Shown here: positions 9,753 to 19,419 of the stretch, piece after piece | Position numbering within the stretch: position 1 is the stretch's first letter | Layout: every line of letters starts with the position of its first letter | Assembly (NCBI GenBank): GCA_977020255.1 | Contig: CDROCS010000253.1 | Span: forward strand, 2,418,001-2,482,000 | DNA: 64,000 bases | Direction: 5' to 3' | From: Obrimoposthia wandeli | Lineage: Eukaryota | Notes under the pieces: generated by a model | What the model was told of the DNA's origin: nothing | What the model saw: only the letters and a program-made list of their open reading frames with translations | The model's database searches: none | Made by a program: the position numbers and the translations under genes

Positions 9753-9902
9753 TTACTCTTGTTCTTGCGTGTTTTCTTCTTCAGCAAGTTTAGCTCTTTC
9801 TGCTTTTGATACATATTTAGGTTTATTACTCGTATGTAACTTTAAGTTAGCTTTTTTAACTTTCTTTTTCAAAATATCGTTCATTTTCTTTTTTCTATTC
9901 AT
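9753..9902 (-). CDS. Small basic protein, DUF2986 family (49 aa; absent from the ORF track)
   Basis: Hand translation: MNRKKKMNDILKKKVKKANLKLHTSNKPKYVSKAERAKLAEEENTQEQE*. This matches my recollection of the DUF2986 pattern MNRKKK...NKPRYISKAERAKL. Confidence 0.8.
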   Translation of the reverse strand: MNRKKKMNDILKKKVKKANLKLHTSNKPKYVSKAERAKLAEEENTQEQE

Positions 9903-9962
9903 CTTTTTATCTCTACATCTAAACTAAAAATTATTTTGACCATCTGTATTAAGTACTTGCTA

Positions 9963-10586
9963 CTAAAAAATAAGTACCACCAGCATCAAAGGAAAACATG
10001 GGTATAACACCGTTGGCTTCAACGAATTACAGACATATTCTGTAATGAGCGCCTTTGTACTAGAGCGATTAGCTTGCCACTGCTTATACCCAAGCCACTT
10101 GAAGCTGCGTGTTTCAGGCCCACTGAGCATAAAATGCTCAGTGGGCCTCATAGGGCTGGTTTAGAAACGCTTTATGCTACGTTATTGATTTTGACAATAG
10201 AATAACTATTCTCTTCAATCAATGCCTTGCCTAAAGGCGTTTCTAATTCCAACTGAAACCTGCATCTTCATGTGGCTTGGGTATATATACTAAATAAGGC
10301 TTAATTGACTCGCTGACTGTTCACTCTCACTAAGGGCTAATTTATCTTCTATGGCTATTATCGCATTTGCTGTTCTTTGCTGAAAGGTTTTCCATATACC
10401 ACCTTGTAACCAGAGCGTTGCTAATATTAGTAATGCAACCAAAGTCGCTATTGAAAAGGTAAATATAAACAAGGTGATAGCCGTTGCAACAAGCTTGATT
10501 ATGAGCGCATAACTCTCATAACTTTCATGATTGTTATGTAAAGTTCGCCATTGCTCTACTAATAACTGTTTTGAAACTGTCGTCAT
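9963..10586 (-). pseudogene. Membrane protein gene split by MITE copy 2 and also frameshifted
   Basis: N-part 10586-10290 (EQWRTLHNNHESYE...LWLQGGIWKTFQQR). C-part 10084-9963 (KQWQANRSSTKALITEYVCNSLKPTVLYP...). Removing 10085-10285 and keeping one TA gives ...SIKPYLVYKQWQANR, one base out of frame with the N-part. Confidence 0.75.
10085..10285 (+). mobile_element. MITE family A copy 2 (201 bp)
   Basis: TATACCCAAGCCACTTGAAGCTGC...GCATCTTCATGTGGCTTGGGTATA near-perfect TIRs, TA at both ends, shared core. Confidence 0.92.
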
Positions 10587-10733
10587 AGGTTGAATATACT
10601 GGGGTTGTACAATAATTACTGTTATTATGCGCGCATTATCTATCTCATGAAAGTTTTCTTATCTTTGTATTGATAGCTTTCTTATTTTTTGGCTTAGTTT
10701 TGACTAAGCCGCTTTAATCCAGAGGCGTTTATT

Positions 10734-12140
10734 TTGAGTACTAATACAACTACTTCATCGTTAGCTTTTACTTCATTGAGCTTAAAACAGGATTTAGTTA
10801 ACAACTTATCGTCGCTTGGCTATGAGAAAATGACACCCATTCAAGCTAAAACCTTACCTGAGTTACTTAAGGGCAAAGATGTTATTGGCGAAGCTAAAAC
10901 CGGATCAGGTAAAACGGCTGCTTTTGGTTTAGCATTACTGAATAAACTTGAAGTTAAAAAGTTTCGCATTCAATCTATGGTGATTTGTCCAACCCGTGAG
11001 CTGGCTGACCAAGTTGCTAAAGAGTTGAGAAAACTAGCACGTGGTATTCATAATATTAAAATATTGACGCTTTGTGGCGGAACACCGTTTGGTCCTCAAA
11101 TTGGTTCTTTAGAGCATGGCGCACATGTTATTGTTGGTACCCCAGGTCGCCTTGAAGAACATGTTATAAAAGGCACCTTACAATTAGACAACTTAAACTT
11201 ATTAGTGCTTGATGAAGCTGACCGTATGCTAGAAATGGGCTTTCAAGCCGCTCTTGATAATATTGTTGGACGTACACCTCTTGATCGCCAAACGCTACTT
11301 TTCAGTGCTACCTTTCCAGATCAAATCAAGTCCATTAGCGAAAGTATCATGACAGACCCTGTGATGGTGAAAATAGCTTCTAGTGAAGACCAATCAACTA
11401 TCAGTCAAAAATTCTTTAAAGTAAGTAATGACGACAGTCGCTTAGAAGCGTTACGTTTATTGTTACTAGATAACCAAGTTGAATCGACTGCTATTTTTTG
11501 TAATACCAAAAAAGAAACCCAGCAAGTCGCTGATAGCTTACATTTTGATGGCTTTAGCGTATTAGCCTTACACGGCGATTTAGAGCAGCGTGACAGAGAC
11601 CAAACATTATTACGTTTTGCCAACAAAAGTGCTTCAATTCTTGTTGCTACTGATGTTGCGGCACGTGGCTTGGATATTGACAGCTTAGATTTAGTTATTA
11701 ATTATCATATTGCCCGCGATAGCGAAGTACATGTGCATAGAATTGGCCGAACAGGTCGAGCAGGCAGCACAGGTATTGCTTATTCACTGTTTAGTGACAA
11801 AGAAAGTTATAAAGTGGGATTACTTGAAGACTACCTTGAAGCTGTTATTACCCCTGAGCCGTTGCCTTCATTAGCAGTACTTGGCTATGAACGTCCGCAA
11901 GCTAAAATGGCAACCATTCAAATTGATGGCGGTAAAAAGCAAAAAGTTAGAGCAGGAGATATTTTAGGCGCACTAACTGGTGATAATGGTGTACAAGGCT
12001 CACAAGTTGGAAAAATTTCAGTGCTCGATAACAAAGCCTATGTTGCTGTTACTAAAGCCGCTTTAAATTTAGCGTTGAAAAAGATATCAAAAGGAAAAAT
12101 GAAAGGCCGTACCTTTAACGCTCGCCATTTAACTAACTAA
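10734..12140 (+). CDS. dbpA: ATP-dependent RNA helicase DbpA
   Basis: AKTGSGKT, PTRELA, DEAD, SAT and HRIGRTGR motifs plus the C-terminal DbpA RNA-binding domain (IDGGKKQKVRAGDILGALTG); TTG start. Confidence 0.95.
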   Translation: MSTNTTTSSLAFTSLSLKQDLVNNLSSLGYEKMTPIQAKTLPELLKGKDVIGEAKTGSGKTAAFGLALLNKLEVKKFRIQSMVICPTRELADQVAKELRKLARGIHNIKILTLCGGTPFGPQIGSLEHGAHVIVGTPGRLEEHVIKGTLQLDNLNLLVLDEADRMLEMGFQAALDNIVGRTPLDRQTLLFSATFPDQIKSISESIMTDPVMVKIASSEDQSTISQKFFKVSNDDSRLEALRLLLLDNQVESTAIFCNTKKETQQVADSLHFDGFSVLALHGDLEQRDRDQTLLRFANKSASILVATDVAARGLDIDSLDLVINYHIARDSEVHVHRIGRTGRAGSTGIAYSLFSDKESYKVGLLEDYLEAVITPEPLPSLAVLGYERPQAKMATIQIDGGKKQKVRAGDILGALTGDNGVQGSQVGKISVLDNKAYVAVTKAALNLALKKISKGKMKGRTFNARHLTN

Positions 12141-12155
12141 TTACGCCATCTTTAA

Positions 12156-13265
12156 ATGAAACATGCCTACCAAGAGCTGCTTGCTAACAAGCAGCTCGAT
12201 TTTGATACCGCTCAAACTGAAGCCGTTGATGCTTTAATTCTATTATCTGAGCAGCTGCTAGCCCAACAACAGTTGCCGAAGAAGTTAAAAAAAACTATCC
12301 CCGGATTATATTTTCACGGCAGAGTGGGGCGCGGAAAAACTATGTTGATGGATCTTTTTTATCATCACCTAGACATAGACAATAAAAAGCGTATCCACTT
12401 CCATCATTTTATGGAAAGTATCCATCAACAACTAGCCAAACTAACTGGGCAATCTGAGCCACTGACCTGTATTGCTAAAGCATGGGCTAAAGAGTTTGAT
12501 TTACTCTGTTTTGATGAGTTTTTTGTCAGCGACATTGGTGATGCTATGCTGCTCTCAGGTTTGTTTTCAGCGCTTTTATCCCAAGGGGTAACGTTGGTCG
12601 CAACGTCAAACTGTAAACCAGAGCAACTTTATCGCAATGGTTTACAAAGAGAGCGCTTCTTACCAACCATTGCCTTAATTAATCAATATTGTCAGGTTGT
12701 CTCTATTGACGGTGAAATTGATCACCGCCGTAGTAAACTAGTCGAAAACAGCCATTATTCGAATTATTTTTTATTAGAAAACCAAGGTGAGTCAATATTA
12801 ATCGAGCGCTTTCAAAGCTTGACTGATAATTTATCTTTAGTTTATGGCGAGATAGATATAAATCACCGGCAGATTAATTATATAGCGAAAAGTGACAAGG
12901 TTATTTTCTTTGATTTTTTTGCTCTTTGTTCAGGCCCTCGTAGTCAACGAGATTATATGGTGCTAGCGAAAGATTTTGACACAGTATTTATTGCTAATGT
13001 GCCTAAATTTTCTGGCGAATTAGTGCCAGCTGTTTTTTCAGGTGTTGAAGACAGTTATCAACGCAGTGGCATTTTAATGGGTGAGTTACAGCAACTTGAT
13101 GATGAAGCGAGAAGGTTTATTGCGCTTGTTGATGAATTCTACGATCAAAATGTTAAATTAATTGTTAGTGCCGAAGTTGATATATTTGAACTGTACCAAG
13201 GGCAGCAACTTGCCTTTGAGTTTGAACGCTGTCAGTCTCGATTAATTGAAATGCAACAAAGCTGA
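12156..13265 (+). CDS. zapE: Cell division AFG1-family ATPase ZapE
   Basis: GLYFHGRVGRGKTMLMD Walker A, CFDEFFVSDIGDAM, LYRNGLQRERFLP, RRFIALVDEFYD. Confidence 0.93.
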   Translation: MKHAYQELLANKQLDFDTAQTEAVDALILLSEQLLAQQQLPKKLKKTIPGLYFHGRVGRGKTMLMDLFYHHLDIDNKKRIHFHHFMESIHQQLAKLTGQSEPLTCIAKAWAKEFDLLCFDEFFVSDIGDAMLLSGLFSALLSQGVTLVATSNCKPEQLYRNGLQRERFLPTIALINQYCQVVSIDGEIDHRRSKLVENSHYSNYFLLENQGESILIERFQSLTDNLSLVYGEIDINHRQINYIAKSDKVIFFDFFALCSGPRSQRDYMVLAKDFDTVFIANVPKFSGELVPAVFSGVEDSYQRSGILMGELQQLDDEARRFIALVDEFYDQNVKLIVSAEVDIFELYQGQQLAFEFERCQSRLIEMQQS

Positions 13266-13443
13266 TAAGTAGTATAAAACACTACTAACTAGCTAATTTG
13301 ACTAAGATATTTAGTTTTATTTAGTACTGTTTTCATTCATCTAATTGATAAATATAAACAAATGAAGTTGGCACTCTATTTGTAATAGTTATGCTTATAA
13401 TGACTTACCAGTAAACAATAATAAATATCTTAAGGATAGAATC

Positions 13444-14277
13444 ATGACTTACTCTCACGCCACATTAATCGCGAGCACACTGACATTATCTCTTGCATCA
13501 TCGGCGGTATACGCTAATAAATCATGTAATGTTGATTTGTCGGCAGGCTTTACCATCAACGCGAGTTCGATTGAGTTTTTACACGCTGAAGGTGGGAATG
13601 ATGAAAAAAAACGCAGTTTATATAAAATTATTGAAGGTAAAAAACTGCTTGTCGCCCATCAAAGGATTGAACTATCTGCTGCCCAACAAGCGCTGGTACA
13701 AAAGTATGATGAACAAATTCGTCACTTAGTGCCTCAGGTTAAAACAGTTGCCATTGAAGGTGTTGATTTGGCTATTGAAGGCGTAAACCTCGCGTTTAAT
13801 GGATTATTAGGGGAGGGCAATGTCGTCGCTGCTGACTTAACCAGAGAGTTAACGTTAATTCGAGAACAAGTAATAACAAACCTATCCATTGAAAATGGCA
13901 TCTCTGTCGGTATCGAAGGTTTAGAAAGTGAAGAGTTACTCGGAAAAGATTTCGACCAACGTATCGAGTCTGCAGTTGAAAAAGCTGTGTTAAATTCTAT
14001 GGGCAGCATTTTAATGGCTATGGGACAACAGATGATGACTGCAAAAGGCGATGAACAAAGCTTTGAAACACGTATGGAAAATTTTGGTGAAAGTATCGAG
14101 CATGAGATGACAGCAAGATCCGAGGTAATAGCAAAGAAGGCACAAGCTCTGTGTGTAAGTATTGCTAAGGTTGATGCGATTGAAGAGCAACTTAAAGCTG
14201 AAATCAAGCCGCTTTCGAATACCAATATTTTTACCGTGACACAAGGTCATGATGAAGAAGAAGCTACCGCAAAGTAG
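13444..14277 (+). CDS. Exported DUF2884 (YggN-like) protein
   Basis: Signal peptide; CNVDL near the N-terminus; late conserved Cys (AQALC); IELSAAQQALVQKY segment. Confidence 0.7.
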   Translation: MTYSHATLIASTLTLSLASSAVYANKSCNVDLSAGFTINASSIEFLHAEGGNDEKKRSLYKIIEGKKLLVAHQRIELSAAQQALVQKYDEQIRHLVPQVKTVAIEGVDLAIEGVNLAFNGLLGEGNVVAADLTRELTLIREQVITNLSIENGISVGIEGLESEELLGKDFDQRIESAVEKAVLNSMGSILMAMGQQMMTAKGDEQSFETRMENFGESIEHEMTARSEVIAKKAQALCVSIAKVDAIEEQLKAEIKPLSNTNIFTVTQGHDEEEATAK

Positions 14278-14351
14278 CACCTGAATTAATTTACTGCTTT
14301 ATTACGTCGATAATTAAACAGCTAATATTGTTCAACACAAAGACCAAGCAC

Positions 14352-14360
14352 TGTTATAAT
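14352..14360 (+). promoter_or_regulatory. Extended -10 promoter element upstream of tapT
   Basis: TGTTATAAT (TGn + perfect TATAAT), 35 nt before the ATG. Confidence 0.5.
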
Positions 14361-14395
14361 TGTTAGGTCTTTTTTATCTTTATATTTTGTGAAAT

Positions 14396-15193
14396 ATGCA
14401 CGCTGTTCATCAACTCCATCTCTACCGTAAAAGTCTAAGTACAACAACCTACAAATCACGAGGACAAAGGGTAATTCGCTGTCAACTTTGTCAACTTGCT
14501 AAGCCGTTTTGTATCTGTGAAATCTCACCTATTAAAGAGAAAATTGAGACAACGGCAGGGTTTTTGTTATTAATGTATGACACGGAAGTACTAAAACCAA
14601 GTAATACAGGAAAACTTATTGCAGACCTTATTCCCGATACCTTTGCTTTTTTATGGTCAAGAACTCAAGAAAATCCTGAGTTATTAGCGGTAATTAATGA
14701 TGAAAAATGGTTTCCTCTTGTGGTTTTTCCCCAAGAATATGCAGGTGATGAACGTAAAGTCTTTACCAATAAAGTTATTTGCCCTGAAGGGAAAAGACCT
14801 TTATTTATTATGCTTGACGGCAGCTGGCGTGAAGCAAAAAAAATGTTTCGTAAGAGCCCCTATTTAGATGATTTTCCAATGGTGTCATTTGATGTAAAAA
14901 CCGCTATTCAAGCTGTTAGTGGCAATTGTCAAAGTGAGAACAATAGTCAATTATCACCAGTAGGTCAGGATTCTCGCTATACGGTAAGAAAAACTGAGCT
15001 TGAACATCAATTTTCAACCGCTGAAGTTGCAGCTAGAGTGTTAGATATGCATGGTGAATCCAATAATGCCCATGTACTCGATTTATGGTTTGATGTTTTC
15101 AATTTTCAATATCAAAAGGGTGTCTGTCAGCGCAATAAAGGTAATGTTAATGCTATCGAAAACTATCAAAGCTTTCTGGCAAAGACATACTGA
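14396..15193 (+). CDS. tapT: tRNA-uridine aminocarboxypropyltransferase (DTW domain, YfiP/TapT)
   Basis: RC..C...FCIC N-terminal motif, EVLKPSNTGKLI, LDGSWREAKKMFRKSPYL, STAEVA. Confidence 0.88.
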   Translation: MHAVHQLHLYRKSLSTTTYKSRGQRVIRCQLCQLAKPFCICEISPIKEKIETTAGFLLLMYDTEVLKPSNTGKLIADLIPDTFAFLWSRTQENPELLAVINDEKWFPLVVFPQEYAGDERKVFTNKVICPEGKRPLFIMLDGSWREAKKMFRKSPYLDDFPMVSFDVKTAIQAVSGNCQSENNSQLSPVGQDSRYTVRKTELEHQFSTAEVAARVLDMHGESNNAHVLDLWFDVFNFQYQKGVCQRNKGNVNAIENYQSFLAKTY

Positions 15194-15280
15194 TGGAAGC
15201 TGAAACTTAAGAGCTACTTACCGTATTAACTTAAGAGCGTTTTAGTCAATATTTTAGGGTTAGGAGCTTTTTTTTTGTAT

Positions 15281-15319
15281 AAAAAAGGCCCGTTTATAAC
15301 TTTATAAACGGCCTTTTTT
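15281..15319. terminator. Bidirectional terminator between tapT and serA
   Basis: AAAAAAGGCC(C)GTTTATAA-CT-TTATAAACGGCCTTTTTT. Confidence 0.85.
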
Positions 15320-15364
15320 CAATTTTAAATTATTACTTAAAGGCGATTTTAGCCTTCAGATAAA

Positions 15365-16618
15365 TTAATGCAATATTCTAGCGCGTATAGTGCCATCAAC
15401 ATATTTCAATTGTTCTAGTGCTAAAGTACTATCTTGTGAATCAATATCAATAACAACATAACCGATTTTGTCATCTGTTTGTAAGTATTGTGCTGCAATA
15501 TTTATATTGTGTTCAGCAAAGGCTTGGTTAATTTTAGTCAAAATACCTGGTTGGTTATGATGAATATGTAATAAACGACTGGTATTTTTTTGGTCTGGCA
15601 CAGAATGATCAGGTAGAGATACTTCAGGGAAGTTAACCGCAGATAGACTCGAACCATTATCTGAATATTTCGCTAACTTTGTTGCGACTTCTAAACCTAT
15701 ATTTGCTTGTGCTTCTTTAGTGCTACCACCAATATGTGGCGTTAAGATAACATTGTCAAATCCGCGTAAAGCCGAGATAAACTCGTCATCATTACTCTTT
15801 GGCTCAACAGGGAATACATCAATTGCTGCACCCGCTATTTTTTTACTATCCAAAGCTTGTGCTAAAGCATCAATATCAACCACAGTACCACGTGAAGCAT
15901 TAATAAAAATTGCGCCATCTTTCATTGCTGAAAATTGTGCTTTTGCAATCATATTCTGAGTTTGCACTGTTTCTGGAACATGTAAGCTCACGACGTCAGC
16001 TTCACCAAGTAATGCCTCTAATGATGGCGCTTGACTTGCATTACCTAACGGTAATTTAGTCTCTACGTCATAAAAGCGTACTCTCATGCCTAATGTTTCT
16101 GCCAAAATACCTAATTGCATGCCGATATGGCCGTAACCAACAATACCTAACACTTTACCACGAGCTTCTACTGAGCCAACTGCCGACTTTAACCATTCAC
16201 CACGGTGAGCTTTTGCGCTTTTCTCTGGGATACCGCGTAGTAATAATAACGTTTCACCAAGGACAAGCTCAGCAACTGAACGAGTATTTGAAAAGGGTGC
16301 ATTAAAAACCGGTATACCAAGAGCTTGAGCGGCTTTTAAATCAACTTGATTGGTGCCAATACAAAAACAACCGATAGCAACCAACTTATTCGCATGACTG
16401 AGCACTTTATCAGTTAACTGAGTACGTGAGCGAATGCCAATAAAATGAACATTTGCAATTTTTTCAATTAACTCACTTTCTGAGAGCGAGGTTTTAAGCG
16501 ATTCAATATTTGAATAACCTTTTAGCTTTAGTTCTTCGAGAGCGCTTGGGTGCAAGCCTTCAAGTAATAAAATTTTAATCTTACTTTTTGCTAATGAGTT
16601 TTGGTTGGCAATGATCAT
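15365..16618 (-). CDS. serA: D-3-phosphoglycerate dehydrogenase
   Basis: GIRSRTQL, CFCIGTNQVD, APFSNTRSVAE, LTPHIGGST and C-terminal ACT domain. Confidence 0.98.
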   Translation of the reverse strand: MIIANQNSLAKSKIKILLLEGLHPSALEELKLKGYSNIESLKTSLSESELIEKIANVHFIGIRSRTQLTDKVLSHANKLVAIGCFCIGTNQVDLKAAQALGIPVFNAPFSNTRSVAELVLGETLLLLRGIPEKSAKAHRGEWLKSAVGSVEARGKVLGIVGYGHIGMQLGILAETLGMRVRFYDVETKLPLGNASQAPSLEALLGEADVVSLHVPETVQTQNMIAKAQFSAMKDGAIFINASRGTVVDIDALAQALDSKKIAGAAIDVFPVEPKSNDDEFISALRGFDNVILTPHIGGSTKEAQANIGLEVATKLAKYSDNGSSLSAVNFPEVSLPDHSVPDQKNTSRLLHIHHNQPGILTKINQAFAEHNINIAAQYLQTDDKIGYVVIDIDSQDSTLALEQLKYVDGTIRARILH

Positions 16619-16799
16619 AAATTGGCTTCACTTATCAAAATTAAACGGCTAAATATACTTTTTTTAGATGGCTAGATATCTAAATAGAGCTTTAACATAT
16701 CATATAGTGTATAAACTCTAAAGGATTTATTGAGCACTTTATAGAATAAATATGCTTAAAATCTGATTTTTTAATTAAAAACTGGACGCAACTGACAAA

Positions 16800-17456
16800 T
16801 TACTGAATAACCTGAATACCATCTGCGCTACCCAGTACTAATATGTCAGCGCCACGAAGTGCAAACAAACCATTTGTCACCACACCAACAATACCGTTAA
16901 TTTGAGTTTCTAGTACTTTAGGCTCGAGAATTTCGAGATTGTATACATCAAGAATAACGTTACCATTGTCTGTGGTTACACCCTGACGATAAACAGGGTC
17001 ACCGCCTAGCTTAACTAACTCACGCGCGACATAACTGCGTGCCATAGGAATGACTTCAACAGGTAATGGGAAGTTACCTAATATCTTTACTTGTTTTGAA
17101 TCATCAGCAATACAAATGAATTTTTTGGCGACAGCCGCAACGATTTTTTCACGGGTTAATGCTGCGCCACCACCTTTGATCATTGCCATGTGGCGAGTAA
17201 TTTCATCAGCACCGTCAATGTATACGTCTAAGACATCAACACTGTTTAAATCAAATACATCGATTCCGTGTGCTTTTAAACGTTTGGTTGACTCTTCTGA
17301 GCTTGAAACTGCACCCGTTATTTTACCTTTTAATGACGCAAGGGCATCAATGAAAAAGTTAACGGTTGATCCCGTGCCAACGCCGACTATTGTATCATTT
17401 TCAATGAATTCTAATGCCTTGATGGCGGCTGCTTTTTTCATTTCATCTTGAGTCAT
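16800..17456 (-). CDS. rpiA: Ribose-5-phosphate isomerase A
   Basis: [30 protein letters not shown] and TDNGN motifs. Confidence 0.98.
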   Translation of the reverse strand: MTQDEMKKAAAIKALEFIENDTIVGVGTGSTVNFFIDALASLKGKITGAVSSSEESTKRLKAHGIDVFDLNSVDVLDVYIDGADEITRHMAMIKGGGAALTREKIVAAVAKKFICIADDSKQVKILGNFPLPVEVIPMARSYVARELVKLGGDPVYRQGVTTDNGNVILDVYNLEILEPKVLETQINGIVGVVTNGLFALRGADILVLGSADGIQVIQ

Positions 17457-17818
17457 GTTATATGCCTTATTAGCAAACTCTTGCTGTTAAAGTGAGCTAT
17501 ATCCCCGTTACCTTTGGTAACCGGTCTATAAGCCTTGGAAGGGCTGTAAAAGTAAATTATAACACTAAACGATCGGAGAGTTATACTCAGGTAAAGCCTT
17601 TTAATGACTACTGGTTTAGCAATATATTTATCATTATTTTTATAGGTAATGGGTATAGACAAAGATAATTTTTACTAGGGATAGCACATTATTATCTGGA
17701 TTTATCAGGAGAAGGATTTGGACAGTATTGATGTTTACGTTAATGGGGCGTTTATCATCAGAGAGTAAATACTCGCGTACTTATCAGGCAACTATTTTGT
17801 AGCAACTAGAAGGACTTC

Positions 17819-18223
17819 CTACTTAGGCATTGCACTTATCATTACTGCGTTGATGTCTTGCTCAATAACATGAGCATAATTAGAAATCACGCGCGTTTTA
17901 GTTTCTTCCGTGCGTTTTTCTCCTTTTATTTGAATGCCCACTATAGTGCTATCAGGCAGGTAATGTTGTTGGTTTTTAGCAAAAGTCAGCATCATACGTT
18001 GGTCTTCTGGCATAGGTCTGTTGAGCAAGGAAAGCAATAACTGTTGATCTGAAGCAGCGGATTTTTTTACTGAGTCTTTATTATGGGCAGTAAACTCATG
18101 ATGACTAAAATCTTTAGCATAGTAGTGATTGCTTTGAGGGCCTAAATTTATTTTGGCTGTGCTGCTACAAGCCGTAATAGCAAAGTAGAGAACAAGGTAG
18201 CAGCCTATTTTAAAAAATTTCAT
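17819..18223 (-). CDS. Hypothetical lipoprotein
   Basis: MKFFKIGCYLVLYFAITAC is a type II signal with lipobox; start moved from 18268 to 18223. No family recognised. Confidence 0.65.
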   Translation of the reverse strand: MKFFKIGCYLVLYFAITACSSTAKINLGPQSNHYYAKDFSHHEFTAHNKDSVKKSAASDQQLLLSLLNRPMPEDQRMMLTFAKNQQHYLPDSTIVGIQIKGEKRTEETKTRVISNYAHVIEQDINAVMISAMPK

Positions 18224-18391
18224 AACAAACCTAAAGGTAGTTAACAGTGACGATTGAGTTACTATCAATAAGGCAAATGTTATGCCAGAAAGTTTTTTAT
18301 AAAAGGGAGTGTTTTTTATACTGCAGTAATGGCATGAAAATATTGGTTAATATTAACGGACATTAATTTAATTAAATTTTACTAAGTACAT

Positions 18392-18441
18392 AAAAAAGCT
18401 TGCAGAGGAGATATTATTAGCAATAAATCCGAGGCAAGCTT
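18392..18441 (-). terminator. Terminator after dapD
   Basis: AAGCTTGC...GCAAGCTT stem with a T-run on the minus strand. Confidence 0.6.
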
Positions 18442-18494
18442 AATTAGTATCACGAGTGTCAAATTTTTAACGGTTTAACAAATACTTTAAATGA

Positions 18495-19334
18495 CTACTC
18501 TTCAGATACTGAGCGAAGTAGCTCATTTATACCTACTTTAGCAAGCGTTTTAGCATCAACTTTTTTGACGATAATAGCAGCATATAAACTGTATTTACCA
18601 CACGCTGAAGGTAAATTACCTGGAACGACTACTGAGCCAGCAGGTACTCGTCCATAATGTACTTCCCCTGTTTCTCGGTCGAAAATACGCGTGCTTTGGC
18701 CGATATAAACGCCCATAGAAATTACCGCACCTTCTTCTACCACAACGCCTTCAACGATTTCAGAACGTGCGCCAATAAAGCAGTTATCTTCAATAATGGT
18801 TGGTCCAGCTTGTAACGGCTCTAATACCCCACCAATGCCGACACCGCCAGATAAATGTACATTTTTACCTATTTGTGCACAAGAGCCAACCGTTGCCCAT
18901 GCATCGACCATACAGCCTTCATCGACAAAAGCGCCAATATTGACAAAGCTCGGCATTACCACAACATTTTTACCAATAAAACTACCAGTACGAACACTTG
19001 CGCCAGGAACTACACGAACACCATCTGCTTCAAACATTGCTTGCGTGTAACCTTCATACTTCATCGGTACTTTGTCAAAAAAAGTACTTTCTGCACCATC
19101 AATGACTTGGTTATCCCAAATACGAAAAGAAAGTAATACCGCTTTTTTAAGCCATTGGTTTACATGCCAGCTGCCCTCTACTTTTTCTGCTACGCGGGCA
19201 CTGCCGTTATTTAAGGCTGCTAAAGCATCAAGCACGGCGTTTTTAATTTCACTTGAAACGGTTGCTGGCGTAATACTAGCTCTTTCATCAAAAGCTTGTT
19301 CAATTACGCTGGCTAAGTTTTTTAAATCTGTCAT
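18495..19334 (-). CDS. dapD: Tetrahydrodipicolinate N-succinyltransferase
   Basis: [55 protein letters not shown]. Confidence 0.98.
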   Translation of the reverse strand: MTDLKNLASVIEQAFDERASITPATVSSEIKNAVLDALAALNNGSARVAEKVEGSWHVNQWLKKAVLLSFRIWDNQVIDGAESTFFDKVPMKYEGYTQAMFEADGVRVVPGASVRTGSFIGKNVVVMPSFVNIGAFVDEGCMVDAWATVGSCAQIGKNVHLSGGVGIGGVLEPLQAGPTIIEDNCFIGARSEIVEGVVVEEGAVISMGVYIGQSTRIFDRETGEVHYGRVPAGSVVVPGNLPSACGKYSLYAAIIVKKVDAKTLAKVGINELLRSVSEE

Positions 19335-19419
19335 TAGGTCTTCCTATTTAAATTTTATTTGTATATTTAAGCTTGAGCCTAGTTATATCTAATGGGTCAA
19401 TAAATTAGTCTGGTTACTA

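Noticed and set aside
9981-10008. AACATGGGTATA resembling a MITE right end
   Set aside because: It is the reverse strand of the coding segment VLYPCF and has no partner TIR or core.
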